Below, in pieces: positions 9,218-18,544 of a DNA stretch of 24,659 nt. The DNA is from a virus. Lineage: Duplodnaviria; Caudoviricetes. The stretch's first letter is position 1. Every line of letters starts with the position of its first letter. The notes beneath the pieces are model-generated. The model had not been told where the DNA came from. It worked only from the letters and a program-made list of their open reading frames with translations, and made no database searches. The DNA is taken from IMG/VR virus record IMGVR_UViG_3300033562_000132, positions 1 through 24,659 of that record. One strand, given 5' to 3'. A program made the position numbers and the translations under genes.

Positions 9218-9769
9218 ATGAAAACACGTATTACAACAGGCATTTGCAGAGCATCTTATCTCAACGCAACGCAACCTCGCAGCACAGACGGTGGAATCCC
9301 TAAGTACTCCGTACAACTTCTTATCCCTAAGACCGATACAGAAACAATCAAAGCTATCAAAGGCGCTATCGCTAGTGCGTTACAAGTGGACAGAGAGGGA
9401 AAGAACCAGTTAAAAGGAATCACTACACCAAAGAATCCTCTTCATGACGGAGACGGCGAAAAACCTAATGGTGGATTATATGGCGACGAGTGCAAAGGCC
9501 ACTATGTAATGAACGCAAGTTCACGAAATAGACCCGGCTTGGTTGACATCAATAGCAATCCTCTTAACGAGGAACAAGAGTGGTATTCAGGAATTTATGT
9601 CAGAGCGGATTTAAACTTTTATGCGTACGCATCATCGGGAAACAAAGGTATCGCATGTGGGTTAAACCACTTGCAGAAACGCCGAGACGGGGAGCCTCTA
9701 AGCGGTGCTGGTAGCCCTTCTACAGCTTTCAGTGATGGCTTTGTGGACGAAGAATCAATGCTAGACTAA
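9218..9769 (+). CDS. DUF2815 family single-stranded DNA-binding protein
   Basis: KYSVQLLIPK, PLHDGD, YSGIYVRA, GNKGIACGLNHLQK..DGEPL and an acidic C-terminal tail; canonical position after DUF2800. Confidence 0.9.
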   Translation: MKTRITTGICRASYLNATQPRSTDGGIPKYSVQLLIPKTDTETIKAIKGAIASALQVDREGKNQLKGITTPKNPLHDGDGEKPNGGLYGDECKGHYVMNASSRNRPGLVDINSNPLNEEQEWYSGIYVRADLNFYAYASSGNKGIACGLNHLQKRRDGEPLSGAGSPSTAFSDGFVDEESMLD

Positions 9770-9776
9770 CAATAAT

Positions 9777-9802
9777 GGGTCGCAGAAATGCGGCCCTTTA
9801 TT
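9777..9802 (+). terminator. Rho-independent terminator after the SSB gene
   Basis: GGGTCGCA-GAAA-TGCGGCCC followed by TTTATT. Confidence 0.8.
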
Positions 9803-9811
9803 AAAATCTTA

Positions 9812-9840
9812 TTGACGCATTATGGGTCATATGCTATGAT
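9812..9840 (+). promoter_or_regulatory. sigmaA/sigma70 promoter P2 with operator (9813-9829)
   Basis: TTGACG-17 bp-TATGAT with TG extension; first 22 bp identical to P1. Confidence 0.9.
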
Positions 9841-9864
9841 ATAGAAAAAGAAGGAGGACGAAAG

Positions 9865-10107
9865 ATGGTACTAGCAGCTTGCATAGCCCTAGCCGGGGCG
9901 ATTTCAATCGGGGCACTTAGAAAAGAGCTCCATCAACGACGACATAGAGAGAGGAATCCTCATACACGTTTTTGGATAACAATACTCTATCTCGTAATGG
10001 CCATATTCTTGGCTACACTGTTCCTATCAGTGACCTACGTAATATCTCGAGGAGATATGACCGGACCCTTATTCGTATTCATAATCGCATTACTATTTTG
10101 GAGGTAG
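9865..10107 (+). CDS. Small membrane protein (2-3 hydrophobic segments)
   Basis: AAGGAGG RBS; hydrophobic stretches FWITILYLVMAIFLATLFLSVTYVI and PLFVFIIALLFW. Confidence 0.7.
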   Translation: MVLAACIALAGAISIGALRKELHQRRHRERNPHTRFWITILYLVMAIFLATLFLSVTYVISRGDMTGPLFVFIIALLFWR

Positions 10108-10111
10108 ACAC

Positions 10112-10303
10112 ATGAGAATCGATGCAATATTTTATCCTAATGTATTTGTAGCAGATGAAGAGGGCAGACTAACACAACATACGGCTGCTGACTTCCACGG
10201 GCCCATAAAACTTAATGCTGAGGTTGTAAGAGGCGACGACGGAAAATACACCGTAATCCCCGGTGACAACGAGTGTCCGAATGGAGTGTGCCCCGTACGA
10301 TGA
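10112..10303 (+). CDS. Small protein ending in CPNGVCPVR (class II RNR-like C-terminal dithiol tail)
   Basis: GGAGG RBS; ATGA coupling to the next gene; C-terminal CxxGxCP(V/I)(R/K) motif. Confidence 0.7.
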   Translation: MRIDAIFYPNVFVADEEGRLTQHTAADFHGPIKLNAEVVRGDDGKYTVIPGDNECPNGVCPVR

Positions 10304-10620
10304 CAAGAGCAGAGGTAAGAAGGGCAGAACGTGAAAAGAAACGAGGCGAAGCAGTATACCACATTAGCACCGCAGAGCTTGAAAAAATCAAAATGGATGT
10401 TACCCAAGATGCGGTAAACAAGGCCATAGACATAGCGCTTGCGCTACCCATACTGGCCATACGGGATGAATTTAAGTTTGGAGAGGTTAGGCTACAGCGA
10501 GTACTCGACAGAGTAGCGGATTTAAAAGATTCAATGAAACGTGGCTATGTGTCACTAGATGACTTACTCGATACACTCGAGGAAGAAACGGGAATAAGAT
10601 TAGGAGGCAATCATGACTAA
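10300..10620 (+). CDS. Hypothetical phage protein
   Basis: Start reassigned to ATG 10300 (ATGA overlap); MTRAEVRR...FKFGEVRL...LEEETGI pattern is familiar from Firmicutes phages. Confidence 0.7.
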   Translation: MTRAEVRRAEREKKRGEAVYHISTAELEKIKMDVTQDAVNKAIDIALALPILAIRDEFKFGEVRLQRVLDRVADLKDSMKRGYVSLDDLLDTLEEETGIRLGGNHD

Positions 10621-11125
10621 AGTGGAAATTAGAAAAGCAATAGAGGCTATGAGAACCAAGAAGCTAGAATCAATAGAGAAAACGTTCGACCAAGTGCTCG
10701 CAGTTCAATCGGACAGCGTTATAGACAATGCAGTGGGCGACGAGCTAAAGGACTTTTACGAAGCAGCAGGCAGACTACGTGTCAATAAGGACTTTAGAGA
10801 CTTTGTCGACGCGCTCCTAGTGCTAGACAACGACGTATACGCGTGTGGCTTAAAACATGACAATAGCTACAATACAGACATCCTTATCCGTACTCTACAG
10901 GCCGTAATGCTCGGCACATACACCTATTATATACGTGTGAAGTTTACTGGAAATGAACCGTTTCCAGTGTCCTACAGGGCTGCTGTGGCGAGTACAAATG
11001 AGGAGTATGACAAGCTGCTAAGGTTACTAAGTTCTGTTAGCACTAAAGAGTTTGTGGGCATAGCAGAGTTGAATGGTATCGAGTTTCCCAAAGTAGAAAT
11101 GAACATCAATAAAGAGCTGCTATGA
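10613..11125 (+). CDS. Hypothetical protein
   Basis: AGGAGG RBS; 170-aa ORF overlapping both neighbours. Confidence 0.7.
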   Translation: MTKVEIRKAIEAMRTKKLESIEKTFDQVLAVQSDSVIDNAVGDELKDFYEAAGRLRVNKDFRDFVDALLVLDNDVYACGLKHDNSYNTDILIRTLQAVMLGTYTYYIRVKFTGNEPFPVSYRAAVASTNEEYDKLLRLLSSVSTKEFVGIAELNGIEFPKVEMNINKELL

Positions 11126-11349
11126 AAATTAAATGTGTATCGTGTAAGGGAGCCGGGTATTATATTCATCGAAAATGTGGAGCTTGTGAAGGCAAGGGCT
11201 ACATTAAAGTGAAAAAGACTTGGACTTGGATATCCTGCGCGTCGCTTAGTGACGCAAGAAAAACGATGGGTATTTGTGCAACGGAAGCTGATGCTACCCA
11301 GTTAAAGCTTGGAGTCAGTGGAACTACTTACGGATTTTGGCATAGATAG
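11122..11349 (+). CDS. Small DnaJ-type zinc-finger protein
   Basis: Two CxxCxGxG motifs: CVSCKGAG and CGACEGKG. Confidence 0.7.
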   Translation: MKIKCVSCKGAGYYIHRKCGACEGKGYIKVKKTWTWISCASLSDARKTMGICATEADATQLKLGVSGTTYGFWHR

Positions 11350-11389
11350 TGCTGCGTAAACGCATGATATGGAGAAAGGATAACAGTAT

Positions 11390-11938
11390 ATGAAAGAACT
11401 ATGCTTCACCTACAATGTGGTTGACTTAGTCAGAATTACATTACAAATTTACATTGATAATCACAATGCTGAAATCGATAATAAAGCGATATTATTTGCA
11501 AATAATAAAGTAGCTTATCACTTATTAGACGATAAATTCATTGAAAAATTGCTTGAACAATGGTCTTTAGACAATAACGGCGAAACAACTTTATTTAAAG
11601 CAAAGAATAAAGACCAAGAGCAATTATGGAATTATATATTTAAAAGCGATTTATATGCGAAGGAATTAAATAAACAATATCGTCACGGATACGGTGGTAC
11701 AGGGGTATATGATTTAACTACTGATAGATTTATTCCTTGTAAGTTTTCTGAACATTATCAAACAATAAAATCAATTTTAGAAGAAGACCATCATGATTTA
11801 TGGGAAAAGCATCAAGATTTTGTATATGGCAAAGTAAAAAACACAGAAGATGTAGACGATTTTATTTTAACTAAACTTCTTTTGATTGGGAAAAATTGCA
11901 ATCAAGATTTTTATACCTTATCTGAAAGAAAATATTAA
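11390..11938 (+). CDS. AT-rich hypothetical protein (moron-like insert)
   Basis: 182-aa ORF with GAAAGGA RBS; markedly lower GC (16/60 G+C at 11461-11520) than the flanks. Confidence 0.75.
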   Translation: MKELCFTYNVVDLVRITLQIYIDNHNAEIDNKAILFANNKVAYHLLDDKFIEKLLEQWSLDNNGETTLFKAKNKDQEQLWNYIFKSDLYAKELNKQYRHGYGGTGVYDLTTDRFIPCKFSEHYQTIKSILEEDHHDLWEKHQDFVYGKVKNTEDVDDFILTKLLLIGKNCNQDFYTLSERKY

Positions 11939-11976
11939 CGCATAATTGTCACAAATTGCGAAGGAGGTAAAACAAG

Positions 11977-12183
11977 ATGGAAGTAGCAAAGCAGACTAAG
12001 ACAGACGACGCTATCGCGTTATTAAAAGGACGACTACACCTTGTAGAGGTTAAAAAGAATGGTCACATCCGAGTAAATGGGTGCGATTTCTGGTGTACAT
12101 CGGAAAAGTTCTACAACCCAAAAACAGACCAGAGAGGGACCGGCCTACGGAACTTCATTAAAATGATAGAGGAGACTAACTAA
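11977..12183 (+). CDS. Hypothetical protein
   Basis: AAGGAGG RBS; TAATG coupling to the methyltransferase gene. Confidence 0.7.
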   Translation: MEVAKQTKTDDAIALLKGRLHLVEVKKNGHIRVNGCDFWCTSEKFYNPKTDQRGTGLRNFIKMIEETN

Positions 12184-13775
12184 TGGAAGTTATAGAGTTA
12201 TTCGCAGGTATTGGAAGTCAAAGAAAAGCCCTAGAGCGCATAGGTATTGAACACGAGTGCCGTATATCTGAGTGGGAGATAAATGCTATCATATCCTACG
12301 ACGCTATCCACACAGACGACGGGGTAGACCTATCGGTCAACTTGAATAAGGCACAGATACTTAAGGAGCTAGGGCCCTTTACATTCTCGTCGGACGGTAA
12401 GTCGGCGTGTTCTATCTCTGGGATACCTGAGAAGCGTTTAAGGCAGTTGTACAACGCCAATAAACGCTCTCGTAACCTAGGAAGCATCCTGAGTATTGAA
12501 CACCCTCCTATGTGCGATTTACTTACGTACAGTTTCCCTTGTCAGGACGTGTCAGGAGCTGGCAAAGGAGCTGGTTTGGCAAAAGGCTCCGGTACGCGTT
12601 CTGGGTTACTGTGGGAGGTAGAGAGGTTGTTGATAGACTATAAAGCCCGAGGTATATTGCCTAGATACCTACTTATGGAAAACGTCAAGAACCTCGTAGG
12701 GAAGCAGCACAAGCCTGACTTTGACAAGTGGCTCAAGTCACTAGAGGAGATAGGCTATAAGACTCGTTGGGCTGTGCTCAACGCCAAGAATCTGGGAGTA
12801 CCTCAGAACAGAGAGAGAGTTTTCGCGGTATCTACGTTGTACGATAACGACTTCCAGTGGCCAGAGACCTTTGACAATGGATTAAGGTTGAAAGACTTTT
12901 TAGAGGACTCCGTCGACGAGAAATACTACTTAAGTGGGGAAAAGGCCGACAAGGTCATACTGGCCATAGGGTCTATTGAAGAACCAACGGGTATTGATTT
13001 GAGTGTAAACTCGCCAGAGTTACGGGAGTTTGCTAACTGTATATCCGCGCGTCAGGACCGTGGCATATCTAATCACAAACAAGAAGGTACAGGAGTGGTC
13101 GTCCGAGAAGCCACTAAGCAAGGGTATGCAATAGCCTACGCGGGCGACAGTATAAACCTAGAGCAGCCTAATTCTAAGACCCGAAGAGGAAGAGTAGGCC
13201 ACGGAGTGTCACAGACACTAAATACAAGTTGCGAACAGGCGATAATAGAATTAGCTAAGTTGAACCCGAACAGGCATTCAAGTGTAATGAACAGTGTCGT
13301 AGACCCCAATGGTATATGCGCCTGTCTCGATACGATGAGTGGTGGGAACAGGGAGCCAAAGACTATAGAACGTGCACCCTTAAAGTTCTTGAACAGAAAC
13401 GGAAAGCAGACGGATGGTGATTATGCCTTTTGCGTAGACACGGCTCAGACTGGTGGAGTTAAAGAAACAACTATATGCGTAGACGATACTCAGGGGTTTG
13501 ACGGCGTTAGGCTATACGACGATGAGATACCGGCACAAAGGAGCCAAAGAAACGGTTTAAAGGTTATTACCAAAACAAGGATACGTAAGCTAACGCCTAA
13601 AGAGTGTTGGCGGTTGATGGGATTCGACGATGTCGACTTCGAGAAGGCCGAGAAGGTAAATTGCACTAGCCAACTATACAAACAAGCTGGAAACAGCATC
13701 GTAGTAGACGTTTTAGAGCACATATTCATCAATGTACTAAAGGAAGAGCTAGAAATACAAGAAATGCTGAGGTGA
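12183..13775 (+). CDS. DNA (cytosine-5)-methyltransferase, solitary, with long variable region
   Basis: Motif I ELFAGIG, IV FPCQD, VI ENV, VIII QNRER, IX RKLTPKECWRLMGF, X QAGNSIV. Confidence 0.95.
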   Translation: MEVIELFAGIGSQRKALERIGIEHECRISEWEINAIISYDAIHTDDGVDLSVNLNKAQILKELGPFTFSSDGKSACSISGIPEKRLRQLYNANKRSRNLGSILSIEHPPMCDLLTYSFPCQDVSGAGKGAGLAKGSGTRSGLLWEVERLLIDYKARGILPRYLLMENVKNLVGKQHKPDFDKWLKSLEEIGYKTRWAVLNAKNLGVPQNRERVFAVSTLYDNDFQWPETFDNGLRLKDFLEDSVDEKYYLSGEKADKVILAIGSIEEPTGIDLSVNSPELREFANCISARQDRGISNHKQEGTGVVVREATKQGYAIAYAGDSINLEQPNSKTRRGRVGHGVSQTLNTSCEQAIIELAKLNPNRHSSVMNSVVDPNGICACLDTMSGGNREPKTIERAPLKFLNRNGKQTDGDYAFCVDTAQTGGVKETTICVDDTQGFDGVRLYDDEIPAQRSQRNGLKVITKTRIRKLTPKECWRLMGFDDVDFEKAEKVNCTSQLYKQAGNSIVVDVLEHIFINVLKEELEIQEMLR

Positions 13776-15721
13776 TACAGATGGAGCTACACATTGACCT
13801 TGAGACATATAGTTCAATTGACCTATTAAAGTTTGGGGTCCACAAGTACGTGGACTCCCCCGACTTCGACATACTTCTCTTCGCTTCGGCGTTTGACGAC
13901 GAGCCGGTAGAAGTACTAGAGCCAGCCTACGAGGACATCGAGTGGGTTATACCACATCTATTGGACCCGGCCATCACGAAGGTGGCTCATAACGCGTCCT
14001 TCGAGATAGCGTGTCTACAAAAGTATTTTAACATCGAGCTAGACGTACGACAGTGGGTATGTACCGCCGTTCAAGCGTCGGAAATGGGTTTACCTAGGAG
14101 CCTAGGCGAGTTATCCAATGTATTGAAGTTATCAGAGGACAAGGCCAAGAAGTCTATAGGCCGAGCTCTTATCCGTTATTTCTGTGTGCCGTGCAAGCCT
14201 ACGAAGGTCAACGGTCACCGCACACGTAACATGAGCTGGGATGACCCGGTCAAGTGGGAGCAGTTCAAGGACTATTGCTCCTTTGACGTAGAGGCCGAGA
14301 GAGCTATTGGCCAGAGATTATTACAGACTGTAGATTCAGAAAAAGAGTTATGGTACCTAGACCAACGCATTAACAACAGAGGAGCACACATTGACCTAGA
14401 CCTAGTTAAGTCGGCCATAACCATTGTGGACCAGATGAAAAAACGTCTTACAAACGAAGCCATGAACTTGACCGGGTTAAACAATCCTAACTCCGTAAAG
14501 CAGTTGGCGACGTGGCTTAATGAAGAGTTCGACGACGAAGATATTACCACTGTTACAAAGGATGAAGTTAAAAGATTAATAAAAATAACCGACGACGACA
14601 TCGTCACTCGAGTACTGGAAATACGCCAAGAGCTCGGTAAAACAAGTGTCAAAAAGTACAATGCGCTACTAGGTGCTACTTGCGAAGATGGCCGGATACG
14701 TGGTACTCTATTATTCTACGGAGCAAACAGGACCGGGCGTTGGGCGGGTCGGGTATTCCAGCCACAGAACTTGCCTAGGAACTATTTAAAGGACATTGAC
14801 ATGGACAGATGGATGGCCAAGAATACCTCCTACGACACGATGAACATGCTTTACGGCTCGGTAGCCGATACCTTGAGCCAACTCATACGTACTACAATTA
14901 TTCCATCTAAAGGTAATAAGCTGGTCATCGTAGACTATTCCGCTGTGGAGGCCAGAGGCCTTGCGTGGATGGCCGGCGAGGAGTGGAGGCTCAATGTATT
15001 TAAGACGCACGGTAAAATCTACGAGGCGTCGGCAGCAGCAGCCTTCAAAGTACCGATAGACTCCATCGACAAGCACTCCCCGTTAAGGCAGCAAGGGAAG
15101 GTACTCGAACTGGCGTGTGGATACGGTGGGAGTGTAGGGGCCATAGCGGCTATGGACTACGCGAACGCGATACCCGAGGACAAGCGTAAGTCGATGGTAT
15201 ACGCTTGGAGAGACGCTAGTCCGGCCATAGTGAGGTTTTGGTGGCAAGTGGATGAGCTGGCAAAGGCTGCGGTAGAGAATCCTAACACGACGTACCGATT
15301 AAGGAACTTAGCGTTTCGACGAGAAAAAGGATTCCTATTTATCACACTACCAAGCGGTAGACGGTTAGCCTATCCTAGACCGATGATGCTGCCTGACGAT
15401 AAGTTCGGCGGAATGAAGTTGACCTACGAAGGCCAAGACCAAAAAACTAATAGGTGGGGGCGCATCGATACCTACGGTCCAAAGCTAGTGGAAAACATCA
15501 TACAAGCCCTTTGTAGGGATTTACTCGGCTATGGGTTACAACAACTCGAGGCTGAGGGTTACGAGGTTATAATCCACGTACACGACGAGGCAGTCGTCGA
15601 TTGCCCGATGGACGTATCCGTGGGAGCAGTGGAAGAGATATTTGCACGCAAGCCCGAGTGGGCAAAAGACATGCCACATCGAGCCGATGGGTTCGAGAGT
15701 TCATTTTACAAGAAGGATTAG
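13772..15721 (+). CDS. polA: Family A DNA polymerase with 3'-5' exonuclease domain
   Basis: DLETYS and AHNASFE (exonuclease), RTGRWAG, QNLPR, DYSAVEAR (motif A), RQQGKVLELACGYG (motif B), HVHDE (motif C). The start could be GTG 13772 or ATG 13781. Confidence 0.95.
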   Translation: MIQMELHIDLETYSSIDLLKFGVHKYVDSPDFDILLFASAFDDEPVEVLEPAYEDIEWVIPHLLDPAITKVAHNASFEIACLQKYFNIELDVRQWVCTAVQASEMGLPRSLGELSNVLKLSEDKAKKSIGRALIRYFCVPCKPTKVNGHRTRNMSWDDPVKWEQFKDYCSFDVEAERAIGQRLLQTVDSEKELWYLDQRINNRGAHIDLDLVKSAITIVDQMKKRLTNEAMNLTGLNNPNSVKQLATWLNEEFDDEDITTVTKDEVKRLIKITDDDIVTRVLEIRQELGKTSVKKYNALLGATCEDGRIRGTLLFYGANRTGRWAGRVFQPQNLPRNYLKDIDMDRWMAKNTSYDTMNMLYGSVADTLSQLIRTTIIPSKGNKLVIVDYSAVEARGLAWMAGEEWRLNVFKTHGKIYEASAAAAFKVPIDSIDKHSPLRQQGKVLELACGYGGSVGAIAAMDYANAIPEDKRKSMVYAWRDASPAIVRFWWQVDELAKAAVENPNTTYRLRNLAFRREKGFLFITLPSGRRLAYPRPMMLPDDKFGGMKLTYEGQDQKTNRWGRIDTYGPKLVENIIQALCRDLLGYGLQQLEAEGYEVIIHVHDEAVVDCPMDVSVGAVEEIFARKPEWAKDMPHRADGFESSFYKKD

Positions 15722-15724
15722 CTT

Positions 15725-15910
15725 ATGAAAAGTTGTTATCAATGCCCCAAACGTTACCCAGCTTGTCAAGATAGTTGCCCAGAGCACTTGGCCGAGAAGG
15801 CCGAGGTTGCTAGGATGGCCGAGCTAAAGAGATTAGCTCAGGCCCAATACCGGGCCAAGACACCTAAACGCTTTACATCGAATGTAATTAAAAGTCCAAG
15901 GAGGATATGA
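15725..15910 (+). CDS. Small Cys-rich hypothetical protein
   Basis: CYQCPKRYPACQDSCPEH putative metal site; tightly packed in the operon. Confidence 0.65.
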   Translation: MKSCYQCPKRYPACQDSCPEHLAEKAEVARMAELKRLAQAQYRAKTPKRFTSNVIKSPRRI

Positions 15911-15911
15911 T

Positions 15912-16202
15912 ATGAACGTTAGATTAAACAGCAAGTACAATCTTAGAACAGACCCAAACAACTTTATTTTAGAAAAGGTTGGAATCAACAAGGACGAGAA
16001 CTCCGAGGGCTTCGGAGAAGAGACACTAAGCGGAGCCAGATATTATCAAAATTTAGAGGATGTACTATTAGCGGTATTGAAATTCAGGCTACGGGACACG
16101 GACGCTATAACGTTAGAAGCGTTAGTGCTCGAGATTAAAGATATTAAAGAGGAAATACGCACTATTATGGGAGATTTACCAATAAGTGATTTTCGGAGGT
16201 AG
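15912..16202 (+). CDS. Hypothetical phage protein (weak DUF5405-like resemblance)
   Basis: AGGAGG RBS; LRTDPNNFILEK...YYQNLEDVL pattern. Confidence 0.6.
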   Translation: MNVRLNSKYNLRTDPNNFILEKVGINKDENSEGFGEETLSGARYYQNLEDVLLAVLKFRLRDTDAITLEALVLEIKDIKEEIRTIMGDLPISDFRR

Positions 16203-16204
16203 TT

Positions 16205-18544
16205 ATGTTAACAGTATATCAAGGTTTAAGACGTACCGACACGCACTGGAAGCCTCACTCATATGAGTGGGACAAGTTCGTAGACCGGTTGCGGAATCCA
16301 GCTCGTACGAGTGAGACCGTGGCCGAGTACCAAAAGATGTCTAGGGATGACAAAGGTAAAGCTAAGGACGTCGGAGGTTTCGTAGGAGGCGCGCTTCGTA
16401 ACGGAGAGCGCAAGAAGGGTAGCGTCCAGATGCGTAGCATGTTATCCCTAGACGCGGATAATGCTAATATGGGGCTACTCGATTCTTTCAGAGCTCTTGG
16501 CTACGCAGGCGTGGTCTATTCCACTCATAGTCACACAAGTGCAGCTCCTAAGCTCCGATTAATCATCCCTCTAGCTACACCTATCTACGCTAGCATGTAT
16601 CCAGCGCTTATCAATTACTTTGCATGTCTACTAGGTGTAGAGCAGTTTGACCCTACGACGGACGAGGCACATAGGCTTATGTATTGGCCGTCGTGCCCTC
16701 AAGACGGTGAGTATGTGTTTGAAGAGTTCAAAGGTGGCCATGTCGACGGTACGGCTCTTATGGAGCTGCATCCCGAGTGGTTAGACGCGTCAATGTGGGT
16801 GCTATCAGAAAAGAAACGTAAAAGCCACATCGGTGCTGATAAGGCCGAGGACCCTAGGACCAAGAAGGGTATCGTAGGAGCATTTTGTAGAGTGTACGAC
16901 ATCAGGGCCGCGATTGATACCTTCCTGCCTGACGTGTATGTAGGCGGTAGCGAGGGTAGGTACACCTACGTAGACGGCTCAACGGGTAATGGTGTCGTGG
17001 TGTATGAAGAGACGTGGACCTACTCCCATCATGCTACGGACCCATGCGGCGGTAGACTGTGTAACGCTTGGGACCTAGTGCGGATACATCTGTATGGAAA
17101 GCTCGACGAAAAGGTTAGCGAGAACACGGCGATATACAGCTTGCCATCACACCTAGCTATGACCGAGCTTGTAGGTGAGTTGCCTGACGTCGTGCAAGAG
17201 GTTGCCATGGCAGCTATGGCTGAGGCGTCGGCGGTATTTGGAGAGGACGACCGGGAGTGGTTGCGTAAGTTGACCCTAGACCGTAAAGGTTTTATATCAG
17301 ATACAATCAAAAATTGTTTGACCATAATATTGAACGACGCTAATCTTCGAGGCGGTATCAAGTACAACGAACTGAAAGACCGGATATTCGCATCCCCAAT
17401 GTTGCCATGGCGTAATGGGGTCGGTGGTAGCTGGTCCGATGCCGACGTGAGTCGACTGTTTATGTATTTCGAGGAAAACTATCACTTGACGAATAGAAGC
17501 AGTATAGCAGCGGCCCTATCTGGCAGCATGTTTGACAATAGGTTTCATCCCGTTAGGGATTACCTTGATGGGCTAGAATGGGACGGTGTGGCTAGGATAG
17601 ATACAATGCTTATTGATTACCTAGGAGCCGAGGATAACGAATATACTCGAGCTGCTACCCGGAAATGGATGTGCGGCGCCGTGGCCAGAGCCATGACGCC
17701 CGGTATCCAGTTTGACCACATGTTATTACTTGTAGGACCTCAGGGCACGAAGAAAACAACTCTCCTTCGTACGCTTTGCGGTGAGGAGTGGTTTACCGAC
17801 TCCCTTAATTCGTTATCATCCGGGAAAGACTCGGCGGAGCAAGTGAAGGGTTACTGGGTTGTCTGTATGGACGAGCTATCGGCTATAAAGAAGTCATCCG
17901 AGGAGCAGGAGCAGATTAAAAACTTTTTGACTCGTAAAGTCGATAGCTTTAGACCAGCGTATGGCCACTACGTGCTAGATAACCCTAGACAGTGTGTCTT
18001 TTGTGGGACAACTAACGAGGATACGTTTTTAAAGGACCCTACAGGCTCTAGGAGGTTTTGGCCGGTCAGAGTTGATGGAATGAACGAGGAAAGATGGAAA
18101 ACCTTTAATCGGGACCAATTATGGGCTGAGGCCGTAACCTATTTTAGGCTAGACGAGCAATTGTACTTTGACGACGATATGGCCAAGCTAGCTCAGAACA
18201 TTCAGGCTAGCTATACCGAGGAGGAAAGTCTCGTAGGTATTGTGACAGACTTTATTAGTACCCCGATACCTAAGAACTACTACGAATGGACTCCAGCGGA
18301 GCAATCTATCTGGTATCACGAGGGCGCAGCAGGCGGTACCGAGATACGGAGCGTTATATCCGCGATAGAGATACATTGTGTACTAAACAAAGGGCAGCTA
18401 ACAGACTTCCCACGTAAGAAGCAATACGAATTAAATAACGTGCTACGCGGTATGAAAGACCTATTGGAAAGCCGGGGCAAATCTTGTCGTTATCCATCCT
18501 ATGGGAAGCAGCGCGTTTGGGAAATTTTAAGGAACAAGAATTAA
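16205..18544 (+). CDS. Primase-helicase (N-terminal AEP-like primase plus C-terminal VirE/VapE P-loop helicase)
   Basis: GGFVGG, LSLDAD, YSTHSH..PKLRLIIPL, RLMYWPS; FHPVRDYL..LEWDG, GPQGTKKTT (Walker A), MDEL (Walker B), RQCVFCGTTN, DPTGSRRFWPV. Confidence 0.92.
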   Translation: MLTVYQGLRRTDTHWKPHSYEWDKFVDRLRNPARTSETVAEYQKMSRDDKGKAKDVGGFVGGALRNGERKKGSVQMRSMLSLDADNANMGLLDSFRALGYAGVVYSTHSHTSAAPKLRLIIPLATPIYASMYPALINYFACLLGVEQFDPTTDEAHRLMYWPSCPQDGEYVFEEFKGGHVDGTALMELHPEWLDASMWVLSEKKRKSHIGADKAEDPRTKKGIVGAFCRVYDIRAAIDTFLPDVYVGGSEGRYTYVDGSTGNGVVVYEETWTYSHHATDPCGGRLCNAWDLVRIHLYGKLDEKVSENTAIYSLPSHLAMTELVGELPDVVQEVAMAAMAEASAVFGEDDREWLRKLTLDRKGFISDTIKNCLTIILNDANLRGGIKYNELKDRIFASPMLPWRNGVGGSWSDADVSRLFMYFEENYHLTNRSSIAAALSGSMFDNRFHPVRDYLDGLEWDGVARIDTMLIDYLGAEDNEYTRAATRKWMCGAVARAMTPGIQFDHMLLLVGPQGTKKTTLLRTLCGEEWFTDSLNSLSSGKDSAEQVKGYWVVCMDELSAIKKSSEEQEQIKNFLTRKVDSFRPAYGHYVLDNPRQCVFCGTTNEDTFLKDPTGSRRFWPVRVDGMNEERWKTFNRDQLWAEAVTYFRLDEQLYFDDDMAKLAQNIQASYTEEESLVGIVTDFISTPIPKNYYEWTPAEQSIWYHEGAAGGTEIRSVISAIEIHCVLNKGQLTDFPRKKQYELNNVLRGMKDLLESRGKSCRYPSYGKQRVWEILRNKN

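Noticed and set aside
17735-17761. Non-canonical Walker A (GPQGTKKTT) suggesting an inactive helicase
   Set aside because: The catalytic K-T is retained and, to my knowledge, a basic residue at this position occurs in VirE-family proteins.
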